A DNA stretch of 20,000 nucleotides, taken from the IMG/VR virus record IMGVR_UViG_2061766007_000545; one strand, given 5' to 3'. The stretch comes from an uncultured virus (IMG/VR IMGVR_UViG_2061766007_000545). Taxonomy: Duplodnaviria; Heunggongvirae; Uroviricota; Caudoviricetes. Positions 4,864 to 14,071 of this stretch are shown piece by piece. Each line of letters opens with the position of its first letter. Positions within the stretch are counted from its first letter, which is position 1. Made by a program: the position numbers and the translations under genes. Under the pieces are notes generated by a model that was not told the DNA's origin, did no database searches, and saw nothing but the letters and a program-made list of their open reading frames with translations.

Positions 4864-5073
4864 ATGTATAAAATGACAAAAGTAAACTCAAGTGCGATTG
4901 CAGAAATTGGTTATGATAAAGATACGGGTACTTTGAAAATTACTTTTAATAGTGGTTTAGAGTATGAATATCCAAACTTTGAAGAAGCGCAATATAAAGA
5001 ATTTCTTCATGCGCCTTCAATAGGAAAATATTATAATAAGAATATACGCTCAAGCTTCTCAATAAAAAGATAG
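4864..5073 (+). CDS. KTSC domain protein
   Basis: Typical KTSC pattern VNSSAIAEIGYD..TLKITFNSG..YEY..FLHAPSIGKYYNKNIR; RBS AAAGGA before ATG 4864. Confidence 0.92.
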   Translation: MYKMTKVNSSAIAEIGYDKDTGTLKITFNSGLEYEYPNFEEAQYKEFLHAPSIGKYYNKNIRSSFSIKR

Positions 5074-5083
5074 AACAAATAAT

Positions 5084-5118
5084 AAAAACTCCCACTTATA
5101 AATGTAGGGAGTTTTTTT
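5084..5118 (+). terminator. intrinsic terminator
   Basis: AAAAACTCCC...GGGAGTTTTTTT hairpin with T tail. Confidence 0.75.
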
Positions 5119-5138
5119 AATATGGAGGATTATAAAGA

Positions 5139-5765
5139 ATGGCGAAGAATGACTTGACCATTAGAATTCCAAATTTGGCAAAGGAAACAATGCCACTTCC
5201 CGATCCAGAGCTACTTCAGTTTTATAGGGAATATGAAAATAGAATTATTTGGCTTATAGATGAGATTGGAGATGAAGTCTATAGTGTGATGCAAATGATT
5301 CTACAATTTAATAGAGAAGATGAGGAGATTGCCCCTGAAGATAGAAAACCTATCCGATTAATTATCGCTTCACCCGGCGGTACGCTTGATTGCGCGCGCT
5401 CATTGGTTTCTATTATGAGACTTTCAATAACCCCAATTTATACAATTGCTGTTGGAAGCGTAGCTAGCGCAGCTTCTATGATTTATCTCGCAAGTAATCG
5501 TAAATTTGCAATCCAAGGTGCGTCCTTCCTTTTCCATCAAGGGAGTTGCGATAATGTAAGCGGTAGCTATGCAGAAGTTACTGCTTTTGCAGATAATTAT
5601 AAGAAAATTATTTCTGATATGACAGAATTTTATAAAACACATACAAAGTTTCCAAGTGAAGTTATTGAAGAAAAAATTCAAAAAGATTGGTATATTGGTC
5701 TTGATGAAGCACTTGAAAATGGAGTAGTAGATGAAATTATAGAAGATATTAGTATACTTCTGTAA
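5139..5765 (+). CDS. clpP: ClpP-family serine protease
   Basis: PIRLIIASPGG, catalytic Ser in VASAASMI, His in FLFHQ, Asp in KDWY, C-terminal EALENGVVDEI. Confidence 0.93.
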   Translation: MAKNDLTIRIPNLAKETMPLPDPELLQFYREYENRIIWLIDEIGDEVYSVMQMILQFNREDEEIAPEDRKPIRLIIASPGGTLDCARSLVSIMRLSITPIYTIAVGSVASAASMIYLASNRKFAIQGASFLFHQGSCDNVSGSYAEVTAFADNYKKIISDMTEFYKTHTKFPSEVIEEKIQKDWYIGLDEALENGVVDEIIEDISILL

Positions 5766-5777
5766 TGAAGGAGGAAT

Positions 5778-6614
5778 ATGAACGAACTCAATTATACGGG
5801 TTACATTGAAGCAGACTTGAATGATGAAAGTCTTGCTGAACTCATAGAAAAGGGAACGTCTAAAATACTTAGTACAACTACGGAGAATCAGTACGTAATC
5901 GCGCACGATGAACATGGAAAAGAAGTTTATTTTAAGTGTAAAAATGGGAAATATGAATTAGTTAAATATCCTTTTATAAATTCGATACTTACTGGTCAGT
6001 TGAAGCCGAGAAACCCTCAGCAGTATTGCGCGATGGATATGTTACTTGATGAAAGTATTCCGGTTAAATTGATTACGGGTAAGTTTGGTAGTGGTAAGAC
6101 ATTGGCTTGTATTGACTTTGCAATACAGGCAATTGAAGCAGGAAAATTTGAGAAGATTGTATTTGTAAGGAATAATGTACAGGTGGCTAACACAGATAGT
6201 TTGGGTGCGCTTCCCGGTGACGAGTTGGAGAAGACGCTGCCTTATGTGATGCCTTTTGCTGACCACTGCGGTGGAAAGGATGGGTTGATGCGCTTGATTC
6301 ATGATGAAAAGTTGGAAGTTATTCCACTTGCTTTTCTGCGCGGGCGCAGTATACGTAATGCCATCATTTACTCTATGGAGTCGGAGAACCTTACAAAGGA
6401 GCAGATTCAGTTAATTATGGGGCGCGTAGACGAGGGTTCTATCTTGGTTATGGACGGTGATATAAAGCAGAGAGATAAAGCTGCTTTTGAGAAGTCGATG
6501 GGACTTGAGAGAATGGTGAGCGCGCTTAAGGGGAATAAATTATTTGGATATATTCATTTAGTAAAATCAGAAAGAAGTGAGGTTAGCGCGCTTGCGGATT
6601 TACTTGATGAATAA
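5778..6614 (+). CDS. phoH: PhoH-like ATPase
   Basis: PRNPQQ, Walker A GKFGSGKT, LGALPGD, FLRGRSI, GDIKQRD, SERS motifs. Confidence 0.93.
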   Translation: MNELNYTGYIEADLNDESLAELIEKGTSKILSTTTENQYVIAHDEHGKEVYFKCKNGKYELVKYPFINSILTGQLKPRNPQQYCAMDMLLDESIPVKLITGKFGSGKTLACIDFAIQAIEAGKFEKIVFVRNNVQVANTDSLGALPGDELEKTLPYVMPFADHCGGKDGLMRLIHDEKLEVIPLAFLRGRSIRNAIIYSMESENLTKEQIQLIMGRVDEGSILVMDGDIKQRDKAAFEKSMGLERMVSALKGNKLFGYIHLVKSERSEVSALADLLDE

Positions 6615-6623
6615 GGAGACGCA

Positions 6624-8699
6624 ATGGGAAGAAAAGGGATTGGACATATTACGAGTTTTACCGGCGCCGGCGATTTTGCTGACGTCGGTTCAAGTGCGTC
6701 TTTTGTTAAGAATAGTTATATTGTATATCCTCAAGGATTAAATGGACAAAACCCTAACTTAGCTGCTGTTGCGCAAGCTACATTTGTTAAAAATACTATG
6801 TCATATATGTCTGGTAATAAATTAACTGGACTTGACTATTTGTTTTATTTCTTAGAGGACTTGGCACAGAAAGAACGTAAAAAGGAAATAGAGTTTTTTA
6901 GAAAACAACGAGATGTTCTTAAAGCCGATAAAAATAAGTTCTTTAAAGAAACTAACACCTTGCGTGCTATTAATACTATTATTGACCACTTGACCGGTTA
7001 TGGAACTAAAGGGCCGGCAGACGAAACTCTTTCTTCTGCGTTTACTTTATTACTTAATCCACTTGGTTATGATGAAATTAAGAGACAACTTAATAGCATA
7101 CATAATAGTGGTGGCGCGCAACATATGAGTGATTTATATGATGCACTTTGTAGAGATGTATTTAATGAAACTTATGAGAAGTATAAAGACGAGTTTGAAA
7201 AAGAACTCGTTGTTAATGCTAAAAGTGCAAAATTTGAAGATATAGCCGATCCCAAAAAAGTAAATAATTTGGCTAAGAATTTTATAAATAAATTTGTGCA
7301 AGGCGCGCAAAAGAAGTTGCGAAAAGAATTAAATATTCAGGATGACTACCGTAAAGAACTTTTTGATAAATTAAAGGATGCCATGAGAATTAATGGTATC
7401 GTTACTTTTAGTGAAAGAAGTAATGGAACAGTTTGGAATAATGAAAAATGGGACGCTCTTCGTAATGAATACAAACATAAGAGTAAAGAAATGGAAAAAG
7501 ATTCTGAACAAAAGAAACTTGCGGCTCATTTGGTTAATTCTTATGTAAGTAAAACGACTAATAAAAGACAAGAAGCAAAAAGTATTAGGACTATTCTAGA
7601 CCAAATTGTTCAGAATATAATGGGCGATTATTTGTGGCGAGTTGCCGAAGATATGCCTGCCGCGAATAAAGATAAAATAACAAACTATCAAGTTTCAGTT
7701 CATACTGGAGATAAAAATATAGGTCGTCAATCCCTTTTGGATAAAGCCAGTAGTACTAAGGATAATATTGTAACCCATCCGGGCACGGCAACTACCGATA
7801 GTTTTAGTATATTTAGTTTTACTCCTATTGTCCTTGATGGAGAAGGGATAGCTAAGTATTATGAGGGAATTTTAAAAGGTGATGAAAAAGCACTTGAAAA
7901 TTACTTAAAAGAATTCCATAAAGAATTAGAGACTGACGAGGCGCGCCATGAAGTTCTAAAGAATCTTTTTGTTGTTCATTTTAACACAAAAGGTTATAAG
8001 TCTCAGAATAACTTAGCGGCTGTTAATAATAGAAATTTAGATAGTTTAATGGGTACTTTTAAAGATATATCCCAAGCTTTTTATGACATTAGTGGTACTT
8101 CTAAGGGTAGAGCCGTTTATCGTAATGAACATTTGGGATTAATGTTTGACGATCTTATCTTTATGCTTAATAATACAGTAAAAGGTGCTGCCTTTGAAGA
8201 TAATCGTAAAATGGTAGAGTCTCTTATAAGTTATAATTGCTGTACTTGGATGTGGGATGGCTTAACTACCGATATTAAGAATATAGATAAAGAATTAAAT
8301 GGTGTAAGAAATATTCATGTTTTCCAAAGTGGAGGCGCATACTTTACTATTTCTGATCTTCTGATGGAGATAGTAAAACTCTTTAGAGGTTATTTTCTTG
8401 GCTCTGACCTTGAGTCTTTTGTTCAAACCACTTTAAAGCCTGCTTCTTTTAATGCTGAAGAAGAGTACAAAAGATTAACAAGTTATTATCCTATTGATAC
8501 TAAGAAGTTTAAAAAGACCGATAATGGTAAGATGAAGAGAGAGAAACTTAGCTATGAAGAGAAGCAAGAGCAACTAAAAAAACGATGGATGGAAATGCGT
8601 AATTTAGGTCTTAATGGTACTACCTTATCTATCCATTTTCGTCAAAAAAAGATTGATGAATTACTTGGAAGATTATCTATGTTACGTAAGCTTCAATAA
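6624..8699 (+). CDS. large hypothetical protein (691 aa)
   Basis: Long ORF with RBS AAGGAG; no family recognised. Confidence 0.9.
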   Translation: MGRKGIGHITSFTGAGDFADVGSSASFVKNSYIVYPQGLNGQNPNLAAVAQATFVKNTMSYMSGNKLTGLDYLFYFLEDLAQKERKKEIEFFRKQRDVLKADKNKFFKETNTLRAINTIIDHLTGYGTKGPADETLSSAFTLLLNPLGYDEIKRQLNSIHNSGGAQHMSDLYDALCRDVFNETYEKYKDEFEKELVVNAKSAKFEDIADPKKVNNLAKNFINKFVQGAQKKLRKELNIQDDYRKELFDKLKDAMRINGIVTFSERSNGTVWNNEKWDALRNEYKHKSKEMEKDSEQKKLAAHLVNSYVSKTTNKRQEAKSIRTILDQIVQNIMGDYLWRVAEDMPAANKDKITNYQVSVHTGDKNIGRQSLLDKASSTKDNIVTHPGTATTDSFSIFSFTPIVLDGEGIAKYYEGILKGDEKALENYLKEFHKELETDEARHEVLKNLFVVHFNTKGYKSQNNLAAVNNRNLDSLMGTFKDISQAFYDISGTSKGRAVYRNEHLGLMFDDLIFMLNNTVKGAAFEDNRKMVESLISYNCCTWMWDGLTTDIKNIDKELNGVRNIHVFQSGGAYFTISDLLMEIVKLFRGYFLGSDLESFVQTTLKPASFNAEEEYKRLTSYYPIDTKKFKKTDNGKMKREKLSYEEKQEQLKKRWMEMRNLGLNGTTLSIHFRQKKIDELLGRLSMLRKLQ

Positions 8700-8706
8700 A
8701 AGAAAT

Positions 8707-8735
8707 TTGAAATTTTTAGAAAAATATTATATAAT
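8707..8735 (+). promoter_or_regulatory. sigma70/sigmaA-type promoter
   Basis: TTGAAA-17 nt-TATAAT, followed by the shared ATATTTAGAAAA leader. Confidence 0.8.
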
Positions 8736-8766
8736 ATATTTAGAAAAGATGAAAGAGGAAAAAAAT

Positions 8767-8949
8767 ATGGCTAACTATAACTACAAACCTAAAAGAAATT
8801 GCGAAAACTGTGCAAACCTTATTAAAGAAAAAAGTTTTAACGGAGGTGTACTATACAAGTGCGCAAAAACCGGAAAGTATCTAACACTTGCAGACACCTT
8901 CAAGACAAACTGTCTTCTTGGCGCTCTGTTCAAGTACAAAGACAGATGA
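8767..8949 (+). CDS. small Cys-rich protein
   Basis: RBS GAGGA, MANYNYKPKRNCENC..C..C. Confidence 0.75.
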   Translation: MANYNYKPKRNCENCANLIKEKSFNGGVLYKCAKTGKYLTLADTFKTNCLLGALFKYKDR

Positions 8950-9704
8950 TGCGTTTTTTAGGCTACATAAATAGACTATTATTTATTTTATTAATGGTTT
9001 TGGTTTTATGTAGCTTTAAAAAGACTTACCATTCAAATTGCCGATTAAGGGGAGAGTTTAACTTCTTCCCTATTCTAATTCAAATAGAGGATATTCCAAT
9101 AAGTTCTGATGTACATAGCGCGCCTTCGTTAATTCCTACGATAACGGTAAGTCTTACGCCTACACCAACTACAATTGAGGTAAGGACAGAACCAAAAATT
9201 TATCATTGGGAAGAGATAGATAGCACGAAGCATCGAAAAAAAATCTATACAGACTATCGCGCAGTAACAAGCAAAACAAGCGAACAGTATAAATTACTTA
9301 AGCAAACAATTACTGATAGTCGTACAGGTATTCGTGTTATTGAAGATAGATACGGTGATATGCGTTATTGCGTAGCACTCGGTAGCTATTGGGCGCGCAA
9401 TCAGATTGGACTTTTGGTTGACTTCTATATGGATAATGGATACATATTAAAATGCGTTGTGTGCGATGTAAAACAGAATGAGCATACAATGGGTGGGCAG
9501 AAGAAATATGGCTATATTGCTAATGATTTAATTGAGTTCTATGTAGATACAAAAACAATAGGAACTGTTGATTGGTATGCTGATGAAAATGGGACTTTAA
9601 TTCCATTAAGTTACCCTGCAGGAGATGTATCTTTTATTGGAGAAGAATTTAGTGGTGGTATAAAGTTTATAATTATTTATGAAGAAATATTAGAGTTTAG
9701 ATAG
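8946..9704 (+). CDS. membrane-anchored/secreted protein, possible 3D/RlpA-like cell-wall domain
   Basis: ATGA overlap start; N-terminal hydrophobic helix, P/T linker, C-terminal RYCVALGSYW..VCDVK..IEFYVD domain; fold is an inference. Confidence 0.6.
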   Translation: MMRFLGYINRLLFILLMVLVLCSFKKTYHSNCRLRGEFNFFPILIQIEDIPISSDVHSAPSLIPTITVSLTPTPTTIEVRTEPKIYHWEEIDSTKHRKKIYTDYRAVTSKTSEQYKLLKQTITDSRTGIRVIEDRYGDMRYCVALGSYWARNQIGLLVDFYMDNGYILKCVVCDVKQNEHTMGGQKKYGYIANDLIEFYVDTKTIGTVDWYADENGTLIPLSYPAGDVSFIGEEFSGGIKFIIIYEEILEFR

Positions 9705-9712
9705 GAGAAAAT

Positions 9713-10189
9713 ATGGCTACTGTATATATGCTTATTGGAATTTCAGGATGTGGAAAGTCGACGATGGCACGCAAACTTAATGTCATGGGAGAAGGGAAAG
9801 TTGGTATTGTCTCTTCTGATGATATTAGAGAAGAGCTTTATGGTGATGCCTCGGTACAGAATAACCCTAAAAAAGTCTTTGAAATTGTGCATAAGCGGAT
9901 TAAAGGACTGCTTGACGAAGGATATGATGTAGTCTTTGATGCGACGAATCTTACAAAGAAGAATCGTAAGTCGTTTTTCTCTTTTTTAGATAAAGAAAAT
10001 TTGCGCGACAAGGTAGATGTTATTGGTTGTGTATGTAACGTTGATATTGAAACCTGCGTAAAGCGTCAGGCACTGCGCGCAAGAAAAGTACCAAAAGAAG
10101 TTATAGAGCGTCAGTCGTTGCAGTATGAAAAGCCTGAGATTAGCGAAGGGTTTTATGCGATTGCTGATTTTACAGAAAGGGAGAATTAA
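9713..10189 (+). CDS. polynucleotide kinase-like P-loop protein (AAA_33)
   Basis: Walker A GISGCGKS, SSDDIR, DATN, lid RQALRAR as in T4 Pnk-type kinase domains. Confidence 0.9.
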   Translation: MATVYMLIGISGCGKSTMARKLNVMGEGKVGIVSSDDIREELYGDASVQNNPKKVFEIVHKRIKGLLDEGYDVVFDATNLTKKNRKSFFSFLDKENLRDKVDVIGCVCNVDIETCVKRQALRARKVPKEVIERQSLQYEKPEISEGFYAIADFTEREN

Positions 10190-10190
10190 A

Positions 10191-10748
10191 ATGATATGGT
10201 TTAGTTCCGATCCGCATTTTTGTCACCAGAAAGACTTTCTTTGGGGACCTCGTGGATATGCGGATCAGTATGAAATGAATAGAGATATTATAAAGAATTG
10301 GAATGAACAAGTTCAGCCGAATGATGATGTATATCTTCTTGGAGATATAATGCTTAATGATAATGAGGAAGGACTTAAGTGTCTAAAAGCGCTGAAGGGA
10401 CGGATTCATATAGTACTTGGGAATCATGACTCTAAGGCAAGAGCAGAACTATATAGGTCTTGTCGTAATGTAGTGGAAGTAGAAAGAGCTATTCCACTTA
10501 AGGCAGAAGGATATACTTTTTATCTTACTCATTATCCAACTCTTACCGATAATTTTGATGAAGAGAATCATAAACCACTAGAAAATCGAGTAATAAATCT
10601 TTGTGGACATTCGCATACTAAGGATAAGTTTAAGGATATGAATAAAGGACTTATTTATCATGTAGAATTTGATGCTCACGATAATGCGCCTGTTGATATT
10701 AAGACGGTTATTTATGATATTAAAAAGTATATTGAAAGGAAAAGATAA
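10191..10748 (+). CDS. calcineurin-like metallophosphoesterase
   Basis: SDPH, LGD, GNHD, THYP, GHSH motifs; start MIWF at 10191. Confidence 0.92.
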   Translation: MIWFSSDPHFCHQKDFLWGPRGYADQYEMNRDIIKNWNEQVQPNDDVYLLGDIMLNDNEEGLKCLKALKGRIHIVLGNHDSKARAELYRSCRNVVEVERAIPLKAEGYTFYLTHYPTLTDNFDEENHKPLENRVINLCGHSHTKDKFKDMNKGLIYHVEFDAHDNAPVDIKTVIYDIKKYIERKR

Positions 10749-10750
10749 AA

Positions 10751-10933
10751 ATGATTGTATATATTTGTTTAATTGTATTTGGATTAACCAATATCTTTTT
10801 ACTTTTAAATTTGGTGCAGATTGATAAGATTTATGATAAGAGAACCTCTTTTATGCAGAAAGAAATTAGAGAACTAAAGCGTAAAATTGAGAATCCAACT
10901 TATGGTGGCGAAGAGGTAGAGGACGAAAAGTAA
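10751..10933 (+). CDS. small single-pass membrane protein with coiled coil
   Basis: RBS AAAGGA, N-terminal hydrophobic stretch. Confidence 0.75.
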   Translation: MIVYICLIVFGLTNIFLLLNLVQIDKIYDKRTSFMQKEIRELKRKIENPTYGGEEVEDEK

Positions 10934-10950
10934 CTCTATCGAGGAGGTCT

Positions 10951-11175
10951 ATGGAAGAGATATTAGTCTCTTTAATTGCCTTTTGTCTTACAATAAGCGG
11001 TAATCTTCTTATAAATAATAAGAAAAAGTTTGGCTTTATTATATGGACATTAGGTGATATTGTATGGATTTGCGTAGAGTTTATGTTCGGAGTTAATTGG
11101 TTCCGATTTATGATGTTTTTTACTTATATTTTGGTAAATATTGATGGATATAGGAAATGGTTAAAAGTAGAGTAA
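10951..11175 (+). CDS. small 3-TM membrane protein (PnuC-like half)
   Basis: RBS GGAGG; three hydrophobic helices, GFIIW..GD..W and G..KW motifs. Confidence 0.65.
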   Translation: MEEILVSLIAFCLTISGNLLINNKKKFGFIIWTLGDIVWICVEFMFGVNWFRFMMFFTYILVNIDGYRKWLKVE

Positions 11176-11200
11176 GCCGGAACAGGTTTACTCTATTTTT
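11168..11200 (+). terminator. intrinsic terminator
   Basis: TAGAGTAAGCC/GGTTTACTCTA hairpin plus TTTTT. Confidence 0.75.
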
Positions 11201-11227
11201 GACTTTTTAAGAAATTTTTGGTATAAT
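11199..11227 (+). promoter_or_regulatory. sigma70/sigmaA-type promoter
   Basis: TTGACT-17 nt-TATAAT with extended -10 TG. Confidence 0.88.
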
Positions 11228-11258
11228 ATTTTTAGAAAATAGGAAAAGAGGATTTTTT

Positions 11259-11453
11259 ATGAAATATTTGGTTGAATTTTGCGAGAAAACTTATTATAGT
11301 ACAATAGTTGAGGCTGATTCATTTGAAGAAGCAAGCGAAACCCTGAAAAAGCAGTGGTATAAAAATCCTGAAGATGTTGTTATTGATGAGTATGGCGCAA
11401 ATTTTATTGATATAGAAGATATTTTTGAATATCCACCAGAGGAAGAAGAATAA
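11259..11453 (+). CDS. small acidic protein, DpnD/PcfM-like
   Basis: MKYLVEFCE...IVEADSFEEA pattern. Confidence 0.7.
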   Translation: MKYLVEFCEKTYYSTIVEADSFEEASETLKKQWYKNPEDVVIDEYGANFIDIEDIFEYPPEEEE

Positions 11454-11502
11454 GAATATTAAAGATAATTAAATTAGTAAAAATTAAAAGGAGAATATTT
11501 TT

Positions 11503-11796
11503 ATGAAAGACGATGCTAAAACTATTTTAGGTGCTATTGTAGGACTAGGACTTATGATTGGTTTTTTAATTCTTTTTGTTTCTTGTGTAGAGCACGTACA
11601 GGAAGATAGTTTTAAAGAAGATATTTCACATTACTCCATAATTAGTGTGAATGGTGAGGAATATAAAACAGAAGATATTGAGAGTGTTAAAGTTGATTGT
11701 TATACACATAGAAATGATGTTTATACTGTTTACTTAAAAGATGGTACAAAGATTACCTTTATGGAAGGTGGATACACATTAAAGGAAAAGAAATAG
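11503..11796 (+). CDS. membrane-anchored hypothetical protein
   Basis: RBS AAGGAG, N-terminal TM helix ending VSC. Confidence 0.8.
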   Translation: MKDDAKTILGAIVGLGLMIGFLILFVSCVEHVQEDSFKEDISHYSIISVNGEEYKTEDIESVKVDCYTHRNDVYTVYLKDGTKITFMEGGYTLKEKK

Positions 11797-11805
11797 GAGA
11801 ACAAA

Positions 11806-12636
11806 ATGTTTAAGAAAATTTTTCTAACCGGTGACTATCACGCAGAAGTGCAATCTTTTGAGCGGTTTAGAGAGTTTGAGTTTCCTAAATATAATCTCGA
11901 GCCGAAGGATGTTGCGATTATTCAGCTTGGAGACTTTGGAATGAATATGGTTAAGGGTTGTGGACATCCTGTGGTAGAGGCATATTTTGAGAAGGAGAAG
12001 CAAAAGCTCGAAGATAGTGGATTTACTTTCTTCGTAATTCGCGGCAATCATGACCAGCGTCCATCTAACTTGTTTAATAGCGAAGAGTGGCGCTTTGAGA
12101 CTATGTTTGATGGTCCGACCTATGTGGAGAAGAAGTATCCTCATATCCACTATGCGATGGATTATCCATGGGTATACAACATTAATGAATATAAGACACT
12201 CGTACTCCCCGGCGCACATAGTGTAGATAAAGCTCGTCGTTTATATGAAGAGCATATTGGTGGTATTAAGACTTGGTTTGAGGATGAGGCTATGACCAAT
12301 TCTGAGATGGATTATGCACTAAGTCTTGTACGCCAAAATAATGCAACCTTTGACCTTATCCTTAGCCATACTTGCCCTTGGTCTTTTATTCCTCGTTTCT
12401 CCATTAATCAGGGGCCGCACCTTAGCGTAGATATGGAAAGATTGTTTGAGCAGATTCTTCGTGAAGTTGAGGAAAATGGAAAGTATGGTGGATGGGTATG
12501 GGCGCATCATCATACTAACGCTCTTTATGAGAAGCCAGATGGAGGGTACAATATGGTTCTTTATGAACTACACGTACCATTGGATGATTATATTGAGAAT
12601 AAAGGACGGGTTGAGAATTTTGTTATTCTCTACTAA
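11806..12636 (+). CDS. calcineurin-like metallophosphoesterase (second family)
   Basis: TGDYH, LGDFG, RGNHD, GAHSVDK, SHTCP, AHHH motifs. Confidence 0.92.
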   Translation: MFKKIFLTGDYHAEVQSFERFREFEFPKYNLEPKDVAIIQLGDFGMNMVKGCGHPVVEAYFEKEKQKLEDSGFTFFVIRGNHDQRPSNLFNSEEWRFETMFDGPTYVEKKYPHIHYAMDYPWVYNINEYKTLVLPGAHSVDKARRLYEEHIGGIKTWFEDEAMTNSEMDYALSLVRQNNATFDLILSHTCPWSFIPRFSINQGPHLSVDMERLFEQILREVEENGKYGGWVWAHHHTNALYEKPDGGYNMVLYELHVPLDDYIENKGRVENFVILY

Positions 12637-12638
12637 TT

Positions 12639-12675
12639 AAAAAGTCAAAAAGTAAATTTTGCTTTTTGACTTTTT
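12639..12675 (+). terminator. inverted repeat / probable terminator overlapping next -35
   Basis: AAAAAGTCAAAAAG / CTTTTTGACTTTTT perfect 14-bp inverted repeat. Confidence 0.65.
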
Positions 12676-12694
12676 TTAAAATTTGTGGTATAAT
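12666..12694 (+). promoter_or_regulatory. sigma70/sigmaA-type promoter
   Basis: TTGACT-17 nt-TATAAT with extended -10 TG. Confidence 0.88.
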
Positions 12695-12725
12695 TATTAT
12701 AGAAAGTAGAAATAGGAGAGGTTTT

Positions 12726-13205
12726 ATGGAGAATAAAATGAGTAATTTTGATTTTATTGGAGATGGATATAATTTTTGGGGAATACCGCAAGGATGGCGC
12801 TGTCCAGTTTGTGGAAGTGTATATTCTCCAACTATGCCCTTTTGTACCTTGTGTGCAAGTCGAGACAATAGCTATGTAAATGATTATACGGGTACTCCAC
12901 AAGAAAATTTGCAAAAACCAATGCCCCAACTTACTCCGTATGTAGTTAGCGCGCGACCTCAGATTGCTTTGGAAGAAGTTTTGGCTCCAATTAAGGAGAA
13001 GATTGAGCGATTGGTTAGTAACGAGGAGCCAGAGACAGAAGAGATTCGTATTCGTAAAGAAGCTTATGATTTGGCGATTGAGGATGTAATTGAATTGATT
13101 GAAGAAGAGACAGAAGATAGGACTCTTACAATCGATATTCCTAGACCATGCGGCGCAAATTGTGAGAAGTGTGCTGATAAGAAAAAGTGTAAGGAGAAAA
13201 AATAA
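12726..13205 (+). CDS. zinc-ribbon phage protein
   Basis: RBS AGGAG; GWRCPVCGSVYSP..CTLC plus C-terminal Cys cluster. Confidence 0.82.
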   Translation: MENKMSNFDFIGDGYNFWGIPQGWRCPVCGSVYSPTMPFCTLCASRDNSYVNDYTGTPQENLQKPMPQLTPYVVSARPQIALEEVLAPIKEKIERLVSNEEPETEEIRIRKEAYDLAIEDVIELIEEETEDRTLTIDIPRPCGANCEKCADKKKCKEKK

Positions 13206-13534
13206 TGGATTCTTTTATTTTTAAGGCAGATACAATGCGTGGTTTAACAGGTCTCGCGCTGAGTACGGCAGAGCTTAAGACTAAAATTAATGAGACGATG
13301 AAGGCGGCTGCAGATAATGGCGAGTATTGGTGTCATTATATGGTGCCCGCGCTGTGTAATGAGAGTACTGTTAAGGATATTAAGAATACACTTCTGCATT
13401 GTGGATATAGGGTTAAGGTTCAGTATTTAAATTCAAGATTTTATATAACGATTCTTTGGGCGCCTGAAGATAGACGGGTTGTATGCGATGGCGTTGAATG
13501 GAATGAATTGGAAGATTATTTTGAAAGGAAATAG
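13205..13534 (+). CDS. hypothetical protein
   Basis: RBS AAGGAG, TAATG overlap. Confidence 0.82.
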   Translation: MDSFIFKADTMRGLTGLALSTAELKTKINETMKAAADNGEYWCHYMVPALCNESTVKDIKNTLLHCGYRVKVQYLNSRFYITILWAPEDRRVVCDGVEWNELEDYFERK

Positions 13535-13537
13535 GAA

Positions 13538-13801
13538 ATGACAGTAGAAGAGAAGCTTAGAGCTATTAAAGAACTTGAAGAATTTATGGTAATCGATGAT
13601 TGGTCTTTTGTGTATATGCCTGACCTACATGAAACACTTCAGAAGATTGTGGATAATTTTAAAGATGAGTTAGGATTAGATAAAGATAAGCTTTATATCG
13701 CCGAAGATTACCAGCAAGGAGGATATGTAGACGAAGAAGAATTGTTTGAAGCAGTAAAAGATAGTTTGCAGAATGACTTTTCTTGTATAATACCGTGGTA
13801 A
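13538..13801 (+). CDS. acidic hypothetical protein
   Basis: Tightly packed ORF with RBS. Confidence 0.8.
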   Translation: MTVEEKLRAIKELEEFMVIDDWSFVYMPDLHETLQKIVDNFKDELGLDKDKLYIAEDYQQGGYVDEEELFEAVKDSLQNDFSCIIPW

Positions 13802-13816
13802 GAAAGGAAAAGAGGA

Positions 13817-14053
13817 ATGAAAAGAACAGTTGAGATTGAATTTCCGGACGGCTGGATAAAGGGTAAATGTGAAGATTGTCCGTTGTGGAATAGTGGAGAG
13901 TGCTTCTTAGGCTTAAACAAAAATGGGTGGTGTAAGTTGCAAGTGGTACCTTCAAAGGAGAAATCATATCAAAAAGGATTTGATGATGGCTATAAGAAAG
14001 GACACAAAGCCGGAGCAGACGCGATATTTTCGAGATATGAGGATGTTTGGTAA
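13817..14053 (+). CDS. Cys-rich hypothetical protein
   Basis: CEDCPL..C..C and YQKGFDDGYKKG repeat typical of phage accessory ORFs. Confidence 0.8.
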   Translation: MKRTVEIEFPDGWIKGKCEDCPLWNSGECFLGLNKNGWCKLQVVPSKEKSYQKGFDDGYKKGHKAGADAIFSRYEDVW

Positions 14054-14071
14054 GAAGAGAGGAGCAGAAGA

